Notes: generated by a model from the letters alone, not told the origin. DNA of 64,000 bases from Acidobacteriota bacterium (GCA_027592785.1 JAQCLD010000009.1:49-64048); one strand, 5' to 3'; shown: positions 1 through 12,110, counted from the first letter of the stretch. Numbers and translations: made by a program.

Positions 1-180
1 GAATGTCCGCAAAATCTAGGCCAGCGCTAACAATAACGCTGTATTATCAACAACTTACTTGGACTCCTGGGCGGACCAGGACGGACATGAGCGGACATGG
101 GCGGCCTTCTCGCGGACGTCGGCGGCGTCTCCACGCCCATCCCAGGCCTCCAGCGGCCAACCTCGCGGACACGTCGACCC

Positions 181-1629
181 CTAAGCCTTCAGCGCCGACT
201 TCACGACGTTCCCATGCACATCAGTCAAGCGGAACGCACGGCCCTGAAACCTATAAGTCAGCTTCGTGTGGTCCACGCCAAGCGTATGCAGGATCGTCGC
301 CTGCAGATCGTGAACGTGGACTGGGTCGGCCACGACGTTGTACGAATAGTCATCCGTCTCGCCCAGCTGCATGCCCGGTTTCACGCCGCCTCCGGCCATC
401 CACACCGGGAAGCAGCGTGGATGGTGATCGCGCCCGTAGTCGTCGTCTGTCAGGCGGCCCTGGCAATAAACCGTACGGCCAAACTCGCCGCCCCAAATCA
501 CCAGGGTGTCGTCGAGCAAGCCGCGTCTTTTTAGATCCATGACGAGCGCCGCGCTGGCCTGATCGGTCGCCTTGCACTGCTTCGTGATGCCGCTGGGCAG
601 GTTGTTATGTTGATCCCAGCCGCGATGGTAAAGCTGGATAAACCGTACGTCCCGCTCCGCCAAACGCCGCGCCAGCAGGCAGTTGGCCGCAAACGTTCCA
701 GGCGTTCGCGCATCTTCGCCATAGAGCCGAAAGGTCTCTTCGGGTTCAGCGCTGAGATCGGTCAGATCGGGAACCGATGTCTGCATCCTGTAGGCCATCT
801 CGTACTGCGCGATCCGCGTCGCAATCTCTGGCTCACCGGACTCATCGAGAGCCATGCGATTGATCGCGTTCAGCGCGTCGAGATAACGCCGACGTTGTTG
901 ATGGTCAATTCCCGGCGGGTTCGATAGATACAGCACCGGATCGCCGACCGACCGGAACTTGACTCCTTGATAACGTGTCGGCAAAAATCCGCTGCCCCAG
1001 AGCCGGTCATAGAGCGGCTGCCCGCCCGTTCCTCGTGTGACGAGCACCACGAATCCGGGCAGATCCTCGCACTCGCTGCCTAATCCATACGTCGCCCAAG
1101 CGCCCATGCTCGGCCGGCCCGCAATCTGCGAACCGGTCTGGAAGAACGTCACAGCCGGATCATGGTTGATCGCATCGGTTTGCATCGATTTGATGATGCA
1201 CAGCTCGTCCACGATCTTCGCCGTATGCGGCAACAGCTCGCTCACCCACGCTCCCGATTGACCATGCTGTGCGAAGGCGAACTGCGACTCCACCACAGGA
1301 AACCGCAGCTGCGTCGAGGTCATGCCCGTCAGCCGCTGGCCCTTGCGAATCGACTCCGGCAGGTCCTGTCCCCTGTAACCCGTCAGCGCCGGCTTGTGGT
1401 CGAACGTCTCCATCTGCGACGGGCCGCCAGACATGAACAAATAGATCACTCGCTTCGCCGTCGGCGGATGATGCGGCAAACCAGCAAGACCAAGCGGTTC
1501 GGTTCCCGCCGCCTGCAGATCTTTACCCAACAGCGCACCCAACGCAGCCGCGCCAATGCCCGTCGCCGCCCGGCCAAAAAACTGCCGCCGGGTGGTCGCC
1601 AACCGCTCGATATCCGTCAAGCTGCTCAC
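181..1629 (-). CDS. DUF1501 family exported protein (sulfatase/alkaline-phosphatase-like), Tat signal
   Basis: 482-aa ORF. Twin-arginine N-terminus [20 protein letters not shown]. Family-typical blocks [34 protein letters not shown] start overlaps the stop of the upstream gene (GTGA at 1626-1629). Confidence 0.85.
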   Translation of the reverse strand: MSSLTDIERLATTRRQFFGRAATGIGAAALGALLGKDLQAAGTEPLGLAGLPHHPPTAKRVIYLFMSGGPSQMETFDHKPALTGYRGQDLPESIRKGQRLTGMTSTQLRFPVVESQFAFAQHGQSGAWVSELLPHTAKIVDELCIIKSMQTDAINHDPAVTFFQTGSQIAGRPSMGAWATYGLGSECEDLPGFVVLVTRGTGGQPLYDRLWGSGFLPTRYQGVKFRSVGDPVLYLSNPPGIDHQQRRRYLDALNAINRMALDESGEPEIATRIAQYEMAYRMQTSVPDLTDLSAEPEETFRLYGEDARTPGTFAANCLLARRLAERDVRFIQLYHRGWDQHNNLPSGITKQCKATDQASAALVMDLKRRGLLDDTLVIWGGEFGRTVYCQGRLTDDDYGRDHHPRCFPVWMAGGGVKPGMQLGETDDYSYNVVADPVHVHDLQATILHTLGVDHTKLTYRFQGRAFRLTDVHGNVVKSALKA

Positions 1630-4600
1630 TGCTTGGTCACCGTTTCGTCCAAATTCAGAATCAGACTCGCCACCGCCGCATAGGCCGCCAACTCCCGCGG
1701 ATCGAGCTTCTCGGCCCGCCGCGACTCGCCGACCTGGAGCAAGGCCTTAGCCGCCTCGCGGTTGCTTTGGTAGTCCTGAACAAAACCCGCCAGCGCCGCC
1801 CGCAACGTCTCCGCCTCCGCAGCCCGCGGATGCCGCGCAAGCACCCGCTGGAATCCATAGTCGATCCGCGCCGCAGGCCCGGCTCCGCCTTCGAGCATCA
1901 TCCGCTCCGCAAGCTTGCGCGCCGCCTCAACGTAAGTCACGTCATTCATCAGCGTCAGCGCCTGCAGCGGCGTATTCGTTCGCGACCGACTCACCGTGCA
2001 ACTCTCCCGATCGCTCGCATCGAACGTCGCCATCGACGGCGGCGCCACAGTGCGTTTCCAATAGGTGTAGAGGCTGCGTCGGTAGAGCCCCTGGCCCGAG
2101 CTCTGCTCATACTTTGTGCCCGACAGCTCCTCCCACAGTCCTAGCGGCTGATAGGGTTTCACAGGAGGGCCGCCCATCGTCGTATCCAGTAAGCCCGAAG
2201 CCGCCAGCGCCTGATCACGAATCATCTCCGCCGGTAAACGGAATCGCGGCCGCCGAGCGATGAGCCGATTCTCCGGGTCACGCTGAATCAACTCCGGCGA
2301 ACCCTGAAAGTCCTGCTGATAGCCCTGGCTCATCACCATCGTCTTGAAGATGCCCTTGACGTCCCAGCCGCTGTCCATAAACTCCACCGCAAGCCAATCC
2401 AGCAACTCCGGCTGAACAGGGCGCTCGCCCTGCGACCCAAAGTCGTCGACCGTCTTCACCAAGCCCACGCCAAAAAGCTGTTGCCAGTAGCGGTTTACCG
2501 TCACTCGCGCCGTCAACGGATTGTCGCGGCTCACAATCCAGCGCGCTAGGTCTAAACGCGACGCCCGCCCCTCAACCGGCAACGGCGGCAAAACGCTCGG
2601 CACGCCCGGCTGCACTTGCTCGCCCGGCGCATCATAAGCGCCGCGCTTCAACAAGTACGTTGGACGAACATCCTCGCGTTCCTCAAACACCATCACCGTC
2701 GGCACCGAATCGTAAAAATACTCTCGCTTGTCGCGCGCCAACTTCAACGCCGCGCGCGCTTGTTCAACTTGCTTCGGCGCTCTGCGATCTAAATACGCGA
2801 GACGCAGTTTCTCCTGTTCCGCCTCCGATCGCTCCGGCCTCGCGGCAATCTCCGACAGCGACCGATCGAGCGCCGCGACCTGTACTTCCAGCGGAGACAG
2901 CACGCGCCGATAAATCCGCAGCTCATCCACCAAGCCCTCAATCGACGGCTTGCCGCCGCCCGTCCCCAACTTCAACGGAGAGCGATATCTGACTGGCCAT
3001 TTGAGGTCATCCCACTCCACCTCAAAGGGAAACGGTTTCCCATCCACATACAGCCGCGTTCCAGCGGACGCGGGCAACTCGCCCGCGTAGGTCAGAGTGA
3101 TGTGCTGCCACTGTCCCATCTCCAACGGCGCCTTCGAGACGATCCGCATACTGTGATCCGTTTGCCGCATCGTGAACTCAAAACGCAGCTTCGAATCCCT
3201 CAGATAGAACCCGTAGCCCTGCTCCTCGCCTGCTTCATGCATGCGCGTCAGGATTGCCCCGTCCTTCGACTCCGGACGCAACCAGAACGAAAAACTGAAT
3301 GGCTCGTCGTAGTCGAACCCAGCAACATCGCCCAAATCCGTCGTCTCGTCGCCCCCGAGCTTCGCCGCCGAGCCGCGCTTGCCGTCCGCCACAATCCGCA
3401 ACCGGTCCGGCCCCCGCTTCAAGCCTTCAGGCGGCTTACCCCAAGGCGCGTACGGCGCTTTACTGCGTTCGAAATCGTAAGTCGCCGTGAGCCCTTCCTC
3501 AATCGACCAATCTTCGCCGCCCGACTGCGCCAGCTTCCCAGCCCACTCGCGAACGCCGTTGGCAATCTCCGGCTCAAGCTTGGCTAACTTTTGCTCCGCC
3601 CGTTTCACGGCGCCATCCAGTTCCTCGAGCTTGCGCTCCTGCTCCACCGTCGGCGCTTTGATCGTCGGTTTATCGTTTCCAAAGTTATAAACAAGCCCCC
3701 GCTCCGGCAAGTTATTGAAGAACGCAAGCAGCTCGTAGAACTCCTTCTGCTTCAGCGGATCGTACTTGTGATCGTGGCAGCGCGCGCAACCCATCGTCAG
3801 CCCCAGCCAAACCGTCGATGTGGTCGACGCGCGATCCGCCGCATACTCCGCCAAGAACTCCTCTTCGACAATTCCGCCCTCCGCGCTCGTGCGGTGATTG
3901 CGATTAAAGGCCGTAGCGATTTTCTGGTCCAGCGTCGCGTTCGGCATCAAGTCGCCCGCAAGCTGCTCAATCGTGAACTCGTCGAACGGCATGTTGCGGT
4001 TGAAAGCCGCGACAACCCAATCGCGCCACCGCCACATCGACCGCGTACCGTCGCTCTGGTAACCGTTCGTATCCGCATAGCGCGCCGCGTCCAGCCAATC
4101 GACGGCCATCCGTTCACCGAAACGCGCAGAAGCAAGCAACCGGTCCACGACCTTCTCGTAGGCGTCCGGCGATGTGTCTTGCTCGAAGGCCAGCACCTCG
4201 TCCGGCGTCGGCGGCAAGCCGGTCAAGTCCAAGGTCACGCGCCGGATCAGCGCCGCGCGTGAGGCCTGCGACGCTGGCTCCAGTCCCTCTTTTTGAAGCC
4301 GCGTGTAGATCAGCCGGTCAATCGGATGCTTAGCCCACGCAGCATTTGCGACCTCAGGCGCTTCCGGCCTGCGCGGCGCCTCGAACGACCAGTGCTTCGA
4401 CCACCGGGCGCCCTCGTCAATCCATCGCCGTAACACCGCAATCTCAGCCTCAGGCAGCTTGGCCATTCCCTTGTAAGCCGGGGGCATGCGGGACACCGGA
4501 TCCGTAGACGTGATGCGCTCAATCAGCTTGCTCTGTTCCGCGCTGCCTTTGACGATCGCAAAGCCGCCGCTCGACAACGCGCCGAACGCTCCCTGTTCCG

Positions 4601-4772
4601 TGTCGAAGCGCAACGCCGTCAGACGCGTCCCCTCATCCGGCCCATGACAAGTAAAACAGCGCTCCGAAAGAATCGGCCGCACATCTCGATCGAAATCGAC
4701 CGTGTCCGGCGCCGCGCCAGCAAGCGCAGCCGCCATAACCAAACCGCCGATCATCCGACTCCAGAAATTCAT
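1626..4772 (-). CDS. PSCyt (planctomycete cytochrome c) / DUF1549 / LamG-like / DUF1553 multidomain exported protein
   Basis: ORF runs to 5030, but the start is set at ATG 4772 ([20 protein letters not shown] signal peptide). CxxCH in [17 protein letters not shown] and a second CxxCH in [11 protein letters not shown]. LamG-like insert ending [20 protein letters not shown]1553-type C-terminal blocks [18 protein letters not shown] and [18 protein letters not shown]. Confidence 0.85.
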   Translation of the reverse strand: MNFWSRMIGGLVMAAALAGAAPDTVDFDRDVRPILSERCFTCHGPDEGTRLTALRFDTEQGAFGALSSGGFAIVKGSAEQSKLIERITSTDPVSRMPPAYKGMAKLPEAEIAVLRRWIDEGARWSKHWSFEAPRRPEAPEVANAAWAKHPIDRLIYTRLQKEGLEPASQASRAALIRRVTLDLTGLPPTPDEVLAFEQDTSPDAYEKVVDRLLASARFGERMAVDWLDAARYADTNGYQSDGTRSMWRWRDWVVAAFNRNMPFDEFTIEQLAGDLMPNATLDQKIATAFNRNHRTSAEGGIVEEEFLAEYAADRASTTSTVWLGLTMGCARCHDHKYDPLKQKEFYELLAFFNNLPERGLVYNFGNDKPTIKAPTVEQERKLEELDGAVKRAEQKLAKLEPEIANGVREWAGKLAQSGGEDWSIEEGLTATYDFERSKAPYAPWGKPPEGLKRGPDRLRIVADGKRGSAAKLGGDETTDLGDVAGFDYDEPFSFSFWLRPESKDGAILTRMHEAGEEQGYGFYLRDSKLRFEFTMRQTDHSMRIVSKAPLEMGQWQHITLTYAGELPASAGTRLYVDGKPFPFEVEWDDLKWPVRYRSPLKLGTGGGKPSIEGLVDELRIYRRVLSPLEVQVAALDRSLSEIAARPERSEAEQEKLRLAYLDRRAPKQVEQARAALKLARDKREYFYDSVPTVMVFEEREDVRPTYLLKRGAYDAPGEQVQPGVPSVLPPLPVEGRASRLDLARWIVSRDNPLTARVTVNRYWQQLFGVGLVKTVDDFGSQGERPVQPELLDWLAVEFMDSGWDVKGIFKTMVMSQGYQQDFQGSPELIQRDPENRLIARRPRFRLPAEMIRDQALAASGLLDTTMGGPPVKPYQPLGLWEELSGTKYEQSSGQGLYRRSLYTYWKRTVAPPSMATFDASDRESCTVSRSRTNTPLQALTLMNDVTYVEAARKLAERMMLEGGAGPAARIDYGFQRVLARHPRAAEAETLRAALAGFVQDYQSNREAAKALLQVGESRRAEKLDPRELAAYAAVASLILNLDETVTKQ

Positions 4773-4840
4773 TCGCACCGCAATGGGCTGATTGTACCGC
4801 CGTCGCCGGGAACTGTTCCGCAGTCCTCCCACGCTATTGC

Positions 4841-5752
4841 GTGATAAGATGCCGGGACGAGATTCGGCTGTTGGCCAAATATGATGAGCATTTTTTCGAC
4901 CTGCCTGACTCGTTATGTCGGCCCTCGGAGCGTTGTCGCCTGAATTCCCAAGCCCTAGCAGCGCGCATCTGTCGTCGGTCGTTCGTAGTTGTCGCTCTCT
5001 TCTTCGCCACAACCGCGGCCTTGTTCGCACAGCCCCAGACCAGACCGGAGGTCACGGCAGACGTCCTCCAGCAGGGCGAGCGTCTATTCGGTCTCCACTG
5101 CGGCGCTTGTCACGGACCCCAAGGCCAAGGCGGACTAGGCCCCAATCTCGCAAGTCCCGAGTTGCGTCGACGTCTTGACGCTGACGCCCTGTTCGGGACC
5201 ATTTCCGACGGTATTCCCGGGACGGAGATGCCGCGAGCCCGACAGCTGCACAGCCGGCAGATTTGGGAGATCGTGTCCTACGTCGAAACCCTAGCGACGA
5301 TCGAATCCGTTCCGCTTGCGGGGAACCCGGCGGTCGGTCGCGATATCTACTTTGGTAAAGGCAACTGTGCCTCGTGCCATTGGCTCGACGGCTCCGGTGG
5401 CCGACAGGGGCCCGATCTAACTGGCATCGGACTGCTCCGTGGAGCCAGCAGTCTGCGGGAGTCAATAGTCGACCCTGCGGCGAAACTGCCTCCGGGGTTT
5501 CTCATCGTAAACGCGGTGCTCAACGATGGGACAGCCGTGCAGGGCCTGCGCCTGAACGAGGACCCCTTCACCATCCAAGTTCGTGACTACTCGCAGAACC
5601 TCCATTCTCTAGTCAAAGCGGATCTGCGTAGCCTGGAGAAGACTACGGGTCGCTCGACGATGCCATCCTACGGCGAACGACTGTCCGCGAGTGAAGTGGA
5701 CGACCTGGTTGCTTTCTTGGCGACACAGCGCGAGTCGGAGACAAAGCAGTGA
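4841..5752 (+). CDS. c-type cytochrome with two CxxCH motifs; C-terminal half resembles the Pirellula/Verrucomicrobium-type heme-binding domain
   Basis: CGACHGPQGQGGLGPNL and CASCHWLDGSGGRQGPDL motifs. Hydrophobic signal-like segment RRSFVVVALFFATTAALFAQ lies about 45 aa after the GTG at 4841, so the true start is uncertain. The stop overlaps the next gene's start (GTGA at 5749-5752). Confidence 0.75.
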   Translation: MIRCRDEIRLLAKYDEHFFDLPDSLCRPSERCRLNSQALAARICRRSFVVVALFFATTAALFAQPQTRPEVTADVLQQGERLFGLHCGACHGPQGQGGLGPNLASPELRRRLDADALFGTISDGIPGTEMPRARQLHSRQIWEIVSYVETLATIESVPLAGNPAVGRDIYFGKGNCASCHWLDGSGGRQGPDLTGIGLLRGASSLRESIVDPAAKLPPGFLIVNAVLNDGTAVQGLRLNEDPFTIQVRDYSQNLHSLVKADLRSLEKTTGRSTMPSYGERLSASEVDDLVAFLATQRESETKQ

Positions 5753-7329
5753 GAACTCTCTTGTTGATCCTCATGGCGGCTACGGCCCTGCCCGGCCAAG
5801 TCACTTACGAGCGCATTCTCAATGCCGAGCAGGAGCCTCAGAACTGGCTCACCTACTCCGGCAACTACTCGTCACACCGTCACAGTTCCCTGGACCAAAT
5901 CAACCGAGAATCCGTCAGTCGCTTGAAGCCTATCTGGACCCACCAGATTGAGACGCTTCACAAGTTCGAAACCACTCCGATCGTCGTCGACGGGGTCATG
6001 TTTATCTCGGAGCCGCCTAGTGATGTCAGCGCACTCGACGCCCGCACGGGTCGAGTTCTTTGGAGCTACCGGCACCGCATGGCCGGCGACGTGCCCGTCT
6101 GCTGCGGAGAGGTCAATCGTGGCGTGGCCGTGCTCGGCGAAACTGTCTTCCTTGGCACTCTCGACGCGCGACTCATTGCGCTGGACGCAAAAAGCGGCCT
6201 TGTCCGCTGGAACGTCCAGGTTGCCGACTACAAAATTGGCCAGTCTATAACCGTCGCGCCGCTCGCACTCGACGGTAAGGTCGTCGTCGGCATGGCAGGC
6301 GGCGAATTCGGCGTCCGCGGATTTCTCGACGCCTACGATGCCGCAACGGGCGAACGTCTTTGGCGCTTCTGGACCGTTCCGGGTCCGGGTGAACCTGGCC
6401 ACGAGACTTGGGCTGGTGATAGCTGGAAGCACGGCTCAGCCACCACCTGGGTTACCGGCTCCTACGATCCTGAGCTTAACGTCATCTACTGGGGCACCGG
6501 CAACCCTGGCCCAGACTGGAACGGCGACGTTCGTGAAGGCGATAACCTCTACTCCGACTCGCTCATAGCGCTCGATGCCGATACGGGAAAATTGAAGTGG
6601 TATTTTCAATTCACGCCACATGACATTCACGACTGGGACGCCACGGAAGTACCAGTTCTGATAGATGGGAAGGTCTACGGTCGTGACCACAAGCTCGTCA
6701 TTTTTGCCAACCGCAACGCCTTCTATTACGTGCTCGACCGCGAGACTGGCGAGTTTCTCGTCGGCAAGGCCTACGCCAAGCAGACCTGGGCCGAGGCGCT
6801 TGACGACAGCGGTCGCCCTATTCGCCTTCCGAACACGGCGCCGACCGTTGAGGGAACCGAGGTCTATCCCTCTGTATTTGGCGCCACCAACTGGTATAGC
6901 CCGAGCTATAGCCCCACAGATCATCTCTTCTACGTAAGCGTCACGGAGGGCGGCCACGTCTTCCTCAAGGGAGAGGCGGTCTACGAAGCCGGCAGCCGAT
7001 ACGCCGCCGGAGGTTTCCACGACATACCGGGCGAAGAGGCGTTCGCGGAAGTGCGCGCCTTCGAGCCAGAGACTGGTCAGCTTAGGTGGGCCTTTCCGCT
7101 GCAGGGACGAACGTTTGCTGGCCTGCTCTCAACCGCAGGGGGGCTCGTCTTCGGCAGTTCAGCAGAAGGTGACATCTTCGCTCTCAATAGCTCCGACGGC
7201 ACACCACTCTGGAACTTCAGAACCGGCGGACGGATGTACTCCAACCCGATGAGCTACTCGGTTGACGGCAAACAACACGTTGCTGTTGCTGCTGGCCATG
7301 CCCTTTACGTCTTTGCGCTGACCGAGTAG
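5749..7329 (+). CDS. PQQ-dependent dehydrogenase, methanol/ethanol (quinoprotein) family, exported
   Basis: 526 aa with signal peptide MRTLLLILMAATALPGQ. N-terminal block NWLTYSGNYSSHRHSSLDQIN. Vicinal Cys pair in VPVCCGEVNRGVAV. Repeated W-containing propeller blades. Translationally coupled to the upstream cytochrome c gene. Confidence 0.85.
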   Translation: MRTLLLILMAATALPGQVTYERILNAEQEPQNWLTYSGNYSSHRHSSLDQINRESVSRLKPIWTHQIETLHKFETTPIVVDGVMFISEPPSDVSALDARTGRVLWSYRHRMAGDVPVCCGEVNRGVAVLGETVFLGTLDARLIALDAKSGLVRWNVQVADYKIGQSITVAPLALDGKVVVGMAGGEFGVRGFLDAYDAATGERLWRFWTVPGPGEPGHETWAGDSWKHGSATTWVTGSYDPELNVIYWGTGNPGPDWNGDVREGDNLYSDSLIALDADTGKLKWYFQFTPHDIHDWDATEVPVLIDGKVYGRDHKLVIFANRNAFYYVLDRETGEFLVGKAYAKQTWAEALDDSGRPIRLPNTAPTVEGTEVYPSVFGATNWYSPSYSPTDHLFYVSVTEGGHVFLKGEAVYEAGSRYAAGGFHDIPGEEAFAEVRAFEPETGQLRWAFPLQGRTFAGLLSTAGGLVFGSSAEGDIFALNSSDGTPLWNFRTGGRMYSNPMSYSVDGKQHVAVAAGHALYVFALTE

Positions 7330-7485
7330 CGTCTATTCTCCGCTTACGACGGCTCATCCGTGCGGCAAGCGGGATAACCCGGACAAGCCTGCCGTACACA
7401 AGCAGGGTCCTGCGATCTCGCTCGCTCGACAGTGGATGCACATTATTGCAGCGCCGTGAAGTGTATCCAGGTTAGAATCAGCGCT

Positions 7486-10400
7486 ATGCCGTTGCTAAGG
7501 ATTCTCATCGTTCTCCTCGCCACAGTTGGTCTTCAGGGCGCAAACGTCGATTATCAGCGCGACGTTCGGCCGATCCTCTCCAACAGCTGTTACGCGTGTC
7601 ACGGACCCGATTCCGACACACGCCTCGCAGGGTTACGGCTCGACACCCAGCAAGGGGCACAGAGCGAACGGCCGAACGGCACTCCGGTTGTGCCGGGCGA
7701 CGCCGCAAGCAGTCTGATCTATCAACGGATCACCCACCAACAGACCGCGCTGAGAATGCCGCCTGCGAGCGCGCACAAGGAGCTGACTCCAGAACAGATT
7801 GATTTACTCAAACGCTGGATCGACGAGGGCGCCGTTTGGTCGAGTCATTGGGCATTTCGTGAAGTCACGTTGCCGACACCGCCGACCGTTGCGGAGAAAG
7901 CATGGATCCGCAACCCGATCGACAGCTTTGTCCTGGCTCGACTCGAAGCCGCTGGACTGCAGCCCGCGGCCGAGGCAGATCGGCGCGTTTTAGCCCGCCG
8001 CGCGACGCTAGACATTACCGGTCTGCCGCCGACGCCGGAGTCGGTTGAGCGATTCGTCGATGACAGCTCACCCAGCGCCTACGAAGACCTAATCGATCGT
8101 CTGCTCGAAAGTGACGCGTACGGCGAGCACCGTGCAAAGTATTGGCTGGACGCGGCTCGTTATGCCGATACGCACGGCCTGCACATCGACAACTACCGTG
8201 AGATGTGGCCCTATCGAGATTGGGTCATTGGAGCATTCAACGGCAACATGCCGTTCGACCAGTTCACAATCGAACAGCTTGCCGGCGACATGCTGCCGAC
8301 GCCCACCCAGGCCCAGCTCGTGGCGACCGGGTTTCAGCGCTGCAACATCACGACGAATGAAGGCGGCGTGATCGAGAAAGAGGTCGAAGAAATCTACGCC
8401 AAAGACCGCGCCGAGACGCTCGCTACTGTTTGGCTGGCGCTAACCGTTGGTTGTGCGACGTGCCATGACCACAAGTTCGACCCGATCAAACAGAAAGATT
8501 TCTACGCGCTCGGAGCGTTCTTCCGCAACACATCCCAGCCGGTGATGGATGGCAATGTTTATGACACGCCACCAGTGATGGTCGTTCTCGAAGAAGAAGA
8601 AAGACAGCGTTGGGATGACCTCACTACTTCGATAGCCGCTACTCGTCGAGAACTACGGAGCTTGCAGTCGAAGGGATCGGCAGGCTCCAAGAAGCTGCGC
8701 TCGGCCAAAGCGCGAAGCGGCATCGATTTCGAGCACTTTGACAGCTCTGAGGTTCTATCCCTGGAGGACGTTGCGACGTTGCCAGACGGCGCTACCCACA
8801 CTGAAGGGCCAAGCGGCGGCGCGGCGGTCGAGCTGCCCGAAGATACCGTGCTCGAAGTACCAAACTTCGATGGCGTTGGGTCAGAACAACCGTTCACTAT
8901 TTCGGCATGGATCCGCGGCAAGACCGGGAGATTCATCGTGGCTGCGCAGACGGAGCGGGTGGAACCGGAAGCCAACTATGACGAGCGGGGCTGGACACTC
9001 GAGATGTCCGGCGGCAGGGCTGTGCTCCGTTTGATCGGAGACCGCGAGTTTGATCTCGGTATTCGCGCGGCGGAGACGGCGGCCAGGGCCACCGCGGGAG
9101 AATGGAGCCATCTCATCGCCAGCTACGACGGCAGCAGGCTGCGCTCCGGAATGGCCCTCTACCTCGACGGCACTCGACTGGAGACCGAGTCTACTGGCCG
9201 GGCAATTAGCGAACTCGCCGGCGAAATTCGGAGGAGCGTCCCGCTCACTATCGGGGGGCGAATGAACGATGACAACTCTCCGGCTGGCCCTGGAGGACAA
9301 CTCGCGGACTTTCGCGTTCTCAGCCGCGAAGTCAATGAAGCGGATGCAAAGTTGCTGTTTCACTGGGCGCGTCTCAAATCGCTAAAGGGTAAAAAAATTC
9401 CAAGTGGCCAGCGCGCTGACCGCGAAGCGCTAGCAGCTTACTACCTCGCGCGGCAGCACGAATCGTATCCCGTTGCCGCAGAACGCTTGGCTGCGCTTCA
9501 GAACGAAAGAAGCGTGATCTTGGCGACTAACCCACTGACGCATGTGATGAACGAGCGCACCGACTCGAAGCCTACGGCGCATGTCCTGTTTCGCGGCATG
9601 TATGACCAACCGGGCGAAGAGGTCGCGGCAGCGACTCCTTCGGCTCTTCCGCCAATGGACGCGGATTTACCGCGCAATCGTCTCGGACTAGCCAAGTGGC
9701 TGGTCGACGATTCGAATCCGTTGACGGCGCGGGTAACGGTCAATCGCATGTGGCAGGAAGTATTCGGCGTCGGGCTGGTTCGCACGGCCGGCGATTTCGG
9801 CTCACAGGGTGAAGCGCCCACTCATCCCGAGCTTTTAGACTGGCTGGCCGCTGATTTTCGCGATCACGGCTGGGATGTGAAACGGTTCTACAAGCAGTTG
9901 TTGATGTCAGCGGCTTATCGGCAATCTGCGAAGGTTGATCCCGTCGGGCTCGAAAAGGACCCCGAGAACCTACTTCTGTCCCGGGGGCCGCGCTTCCGGT
10001 TGGATGCGGAAGTGGTTCGCGATTACGCGCTCGCGACAAGCGGACTACTAACGACCCAGGTCGGTGGGCGGAGCGTGAAACCTTATCAGCCAGCGGGCGT
10101 TTGGGAGCCGATCGCAATGCCGTCGAGCAACACGCGATTCTACTCTCAAGACCACGGTGAGGACCTTTACCGCCGCAGTTTGTACACATTCTGGAAGCGT
10201 GCTGCGCCGTCGCCTTCCATGTTGATCTTCGATGCGCCGACTCGGGAGAGTTGCACGGTTCAGCGTGAACGCACCAACACGCCGCTGCAGGCGCTGGTAA
10301 CCATGAACGCCCCACAGTTTTTCGAGGCCGCACTGCACCTCGCGTCGGCCAGCGAACAGCATACCAACACGCTGGACGGTCGCTTGGATTACATGTCAGC

Positions 10401-10620
10401 CCGGCTGCTGTCCCGTCCGCTGACTACGTCCGAACGAGCGATCGTGAGCGGCTCGTACCAAGAGTTCATGCGGCACTATGACTCACACCCTGACGACGCG
10501 CGTGCTGCGCTCAGCGTCGGCGAGAAGCGAACGACGCCTCAAGAAGGAGCAGCGTCACTTGCATCACTCGCAATGGTTGCGAATCAGCTCATGAATTTGG
10601 ATGAGGCGTTGAACAAGTAA
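7486..10620 (+). CDS. PSCyt / DUF1549 / LamG-like / DUF1553 multidomain exported protein (paralogue of 1626-4772)
   Basis: ORF starts at 7432, but the start is set at ATG 7486 ([18 protein letters not shown] signal peptide). [17 protein letters not shown] and [11 protein letters not shown] CxxCH motifs. LamG-like middle region ([23 protein letters not shown]). C-terminal [18 protein letters not shown] and [18 protein letters not shown]. Confidence 0.85.
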   Translation: MPLLRILIVLLATVGLQGANVDYQRDVRPILSNSCYACHGPDSDTRLAGLRLDTQQGAQSERPNGTPVVPGDAASSLIYQRITHQQTALRMPPASAHKELTPEQIDLLKRWIDEGAVWSSHWAFREVTLPTPPTVAEKAWIRNPIDSFVLARLEAAGLQPAAEADRRVLARRATLDITGLPPTPESVERFVDDSSPSAYEDLIDRLLESDAYGEHRAKYWLDAARYADTHGLHIDNYREMWPYRDWVIGAFNGNMPFDQFTIEQLAGDMLPTPTQAQLVATGFQRCNITTNEGGVIEKEVEEIYAKDRAETLATVWLALTVGCATCHDHKFDPIKQKDFYALGAFFRNTSQPVMDGNVYDTPPVMVVLEEEERQRWDDLTTSIAATRRELRSLQSKGSAGSKKLRSAKARSGIDFEHFDSSEVLSLEDVATLPDGATHTEGPSGGAAVELPEDTVLEVPNFDGVGSEQPFTISAWIRGKTGRFIVAAQTERVEPEANYDERGWTLEMSGGRAVLRLIGDREFDLGIRAAETAARATAGEWSHLIASYDGSRLRSGMALYLDGTRLETESTGRAISELAGEIRRSVPLTIGGRMNDDNSPAGPGGQLADFRVLSREVNEADAKLLFHWARLKSLKGKKIPSGQRADREALAAYYLARQHESYPVAAERLAALQNERSVILATNPLTHVMNERTDSKPTAHVLFRGMYDQPGEEVAAATPSALPPMDADLPRNRLGLAKWLVDDSNPLTARVTVNRMWQEVFGVGLVRTAGDFGSQGEAPTHPELLDWLAADFRDHGWDVKRFYKQLLMSAAYRQSAKVDPVGLEKDPENLLLSRGPRFRLDAEVVRDYALATSGLLTTQVGGRSVKPYQPAGVWEPIAMPSSNTRFYSQDHGEDLYRRSLYTFWKRAAPSPSMLIFDAPTRESCTVQRERTNTPLQALVTMNAPQFFEAALHLASASEQHTNTLDGRLDYMSARLLSRPLTTSERAIVSGSYQEFMRHYDSHPDDARAALSVGEKRTTPQEGAASLASLAMVANQLMNLDEALNK

Positions 10621-10630
10621 GGTGAATGCG

Positions 10631-12088
10631 ATGACCCTGCATGAAGAAGCGATCCGTATAGAGACCAGACGCCAGTTTTTCCGGCGCGGAGCAACCGGCT
10701 TGGGAGCGGCGGCGCTCGCTTCGATAATGGCGGAAGAGGGTCTCGCCGCGAAAGATCGCTTTGGCGGCCTAGACGCCCTGCCACACTACGCGCCCAAGGT
10801 GAAGCGGGTCATCTATCTGCACATGATGGGCGCGCCGCCGCAGATGGATACCTTCGACTACAAGCCGAAGATGAGTGAGTATTTCGACAAAGATCTACCG
10901 GAATCCATTCGCCAGGGACAACGCTTGACCACGATGACATCGGGTCAGACGCGCTTCCCGATCGCTCCCTCGGTCTTCAAGTTCGGCCAGCACGGGCAGA
11001 GTGGCATCGAGGTGTCGGAACTCCTGCCCTATACCGCGAAGATGGTCGACGACATCGCCCTGATTCGCTCCATGCACACCGAAGCGATCAACCACGAGCC
11101 GGCGATTACATTCGTCCAGACCGGGCGCGAAATCGCCGGGAGGCCCTGTATTGGTTCATGGATGTCCTACGGCCTGGGCAGCCTAAACCGTGATCTGCCG
11201 ACGTTCGTTGTGATGAATGTGGACCGCGCTCATCCGAAGGCCGGAGTGCAGGCGATTTCGGCCAAGCTTTGGAGCTCGGGATTCCTGTCTTCAGAGCACG
11301 CCGGCGTTGCCCTGAGGGCTGGCGTCGACCCGGTACTCTTCGTCAATAACCCAGATGGGGTACCGGCAAACGTTCGCCGGCAGATGTTGGACGGGCTGAG
11401 CGAGCTCAATCAAATTCAGCACGAGAAGCTTGGCAGTCCAGAGACTCTAGCGCGGATCGAGCAGTATGAAATGGCCTTTCGGATGCAATCGTCTGTGCCC
11501 GAACTGACCGACCTCTCGAATGAGCCCGACCATACCTACAAGCTCTATGGCGAACAGGCCCGTGAGCCGGGCACTTTCGCGAACGCAGCTTTGATGGCTC
11601 GTCGGCTAGTTGAGAGAGACGTGCGGTTCGTACAGATCTATCAGCGCGGATGGGACGTCCACAATAGTCTGCCCGAAGTTCTACCGGCCCAGTGTAAGTG
11701 GGTTGATCAGCCGACTTGGGGCCTCGTGCAAGACCTCAAACAGCGGGGCCTGCTCGAAGACACACTAGTGATTTTTGGAGGCGAGTTTGGCCGAACAATC
11801 TATTGCCAGGGCAAGCTAACGGCCACCGACTACGGCCGCGACCACCATCCGCGCTGCTTCTGCCTGTGGATGGCCGGCGGCGGCATCAAGGGCGGCACGG
11901 TGCATGGTGAGACCGACGAATTCTCCTACAACATCGTCCGCGACCCAGTCCACCTGCGCGACTTTCAAGCAACGTTGATGCACTTGCTTGGGATCGACCA
12001 TGAGCGCTTCACTTTCAAGCACCAGGGACTTAATCACCGCCTCACAGGCGTCGAGCCCGCACGAGTCGTAAAAGAGGTATTGGCTTAG
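10631..12088 (+). CDS. DUF1501 family exported protein, Tat signal (paralogue of 181-1629)
   Basis: [20 protein letters not shown] twin-arginine signal. [31 protein letters not shown] blocks. AAGGTG SD-like sequence at 10617-10622 upstream of ATG 10631. An alternative GTG start lies at 10622. Confidence 0.85.
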   Translation: MTLHEEAIRIETRRQFFRRGATGLGAAALASIMAEEGLAAKDRFGGLDALPHYAPKVKRVIYLHMMGAPPQMDTFDYKPKMSEYFDKDLPESIRQGQRLTTMTSGQTRFPIAPSVFKFGQHGQSGIEVSELLPYTAKMVDDIALIRSMHTEAINHEPAITFVQTGREIAGRPCIGSWMSYGLGSLNRDLPTFVVMNVDRAHPKAGVQAISAKLWSSGFLSSEHAGVALRAGVDPVLFVNNPDGVPANVRRQMLDGLSELNQIQHEKLGSPETLARIEQYEMAFRMQSSVPELTDLSNEPDHTYKLYGEQAREPGTFANAALMARRLVERDVRFVQIYQRGWDVHNSLPEVLPAQCKWVDQPTWGLVQDLKQRGLLEDTLVIFGGEFGRTIYCQGKLTATDYGRDHHPRCFCLWMAGGGIKGGTVHGETDEFSYNIVRDPVHLRDFQATLMHLLGIDHERFTFKHQGLNHRLTGVEPARVVKEVLA

Positions 12089-12110
12089 TCTTACCCGACT
12101 AGGTTCTTCA

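Noticed and set aside
1-180. ORFs at the left edge of the window (3-542 and 97-534 on the plus strand) and the short direct repeat CGGACATG(A/G)GCGG at about 82-105.
   Set aside because: The ORFs are antisense shadows of the DUF1501 gene, with Arg/Pro-rich translations. The repeat is too short to interpret. The first 180 nt cannot be assigned without upstream context.
4773-5030. N-terminal extensions given by the ORF track for several genes (1626-5030, 7432, 13622, 15212, 17504-18724, 20499-21920, 26680, 31060-32799, 36401, 41262, 44189, 47310-47825, 51205, 57015).
   Set aside because: In each case an internal ATG immediately precedes a signal peptide or the conserved family N-terminus. It often has an SD or a 4-nt overlap with the upstream stop. 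The extensions are Arg/Pro-rich and sometimes overlap neighbouring genes.
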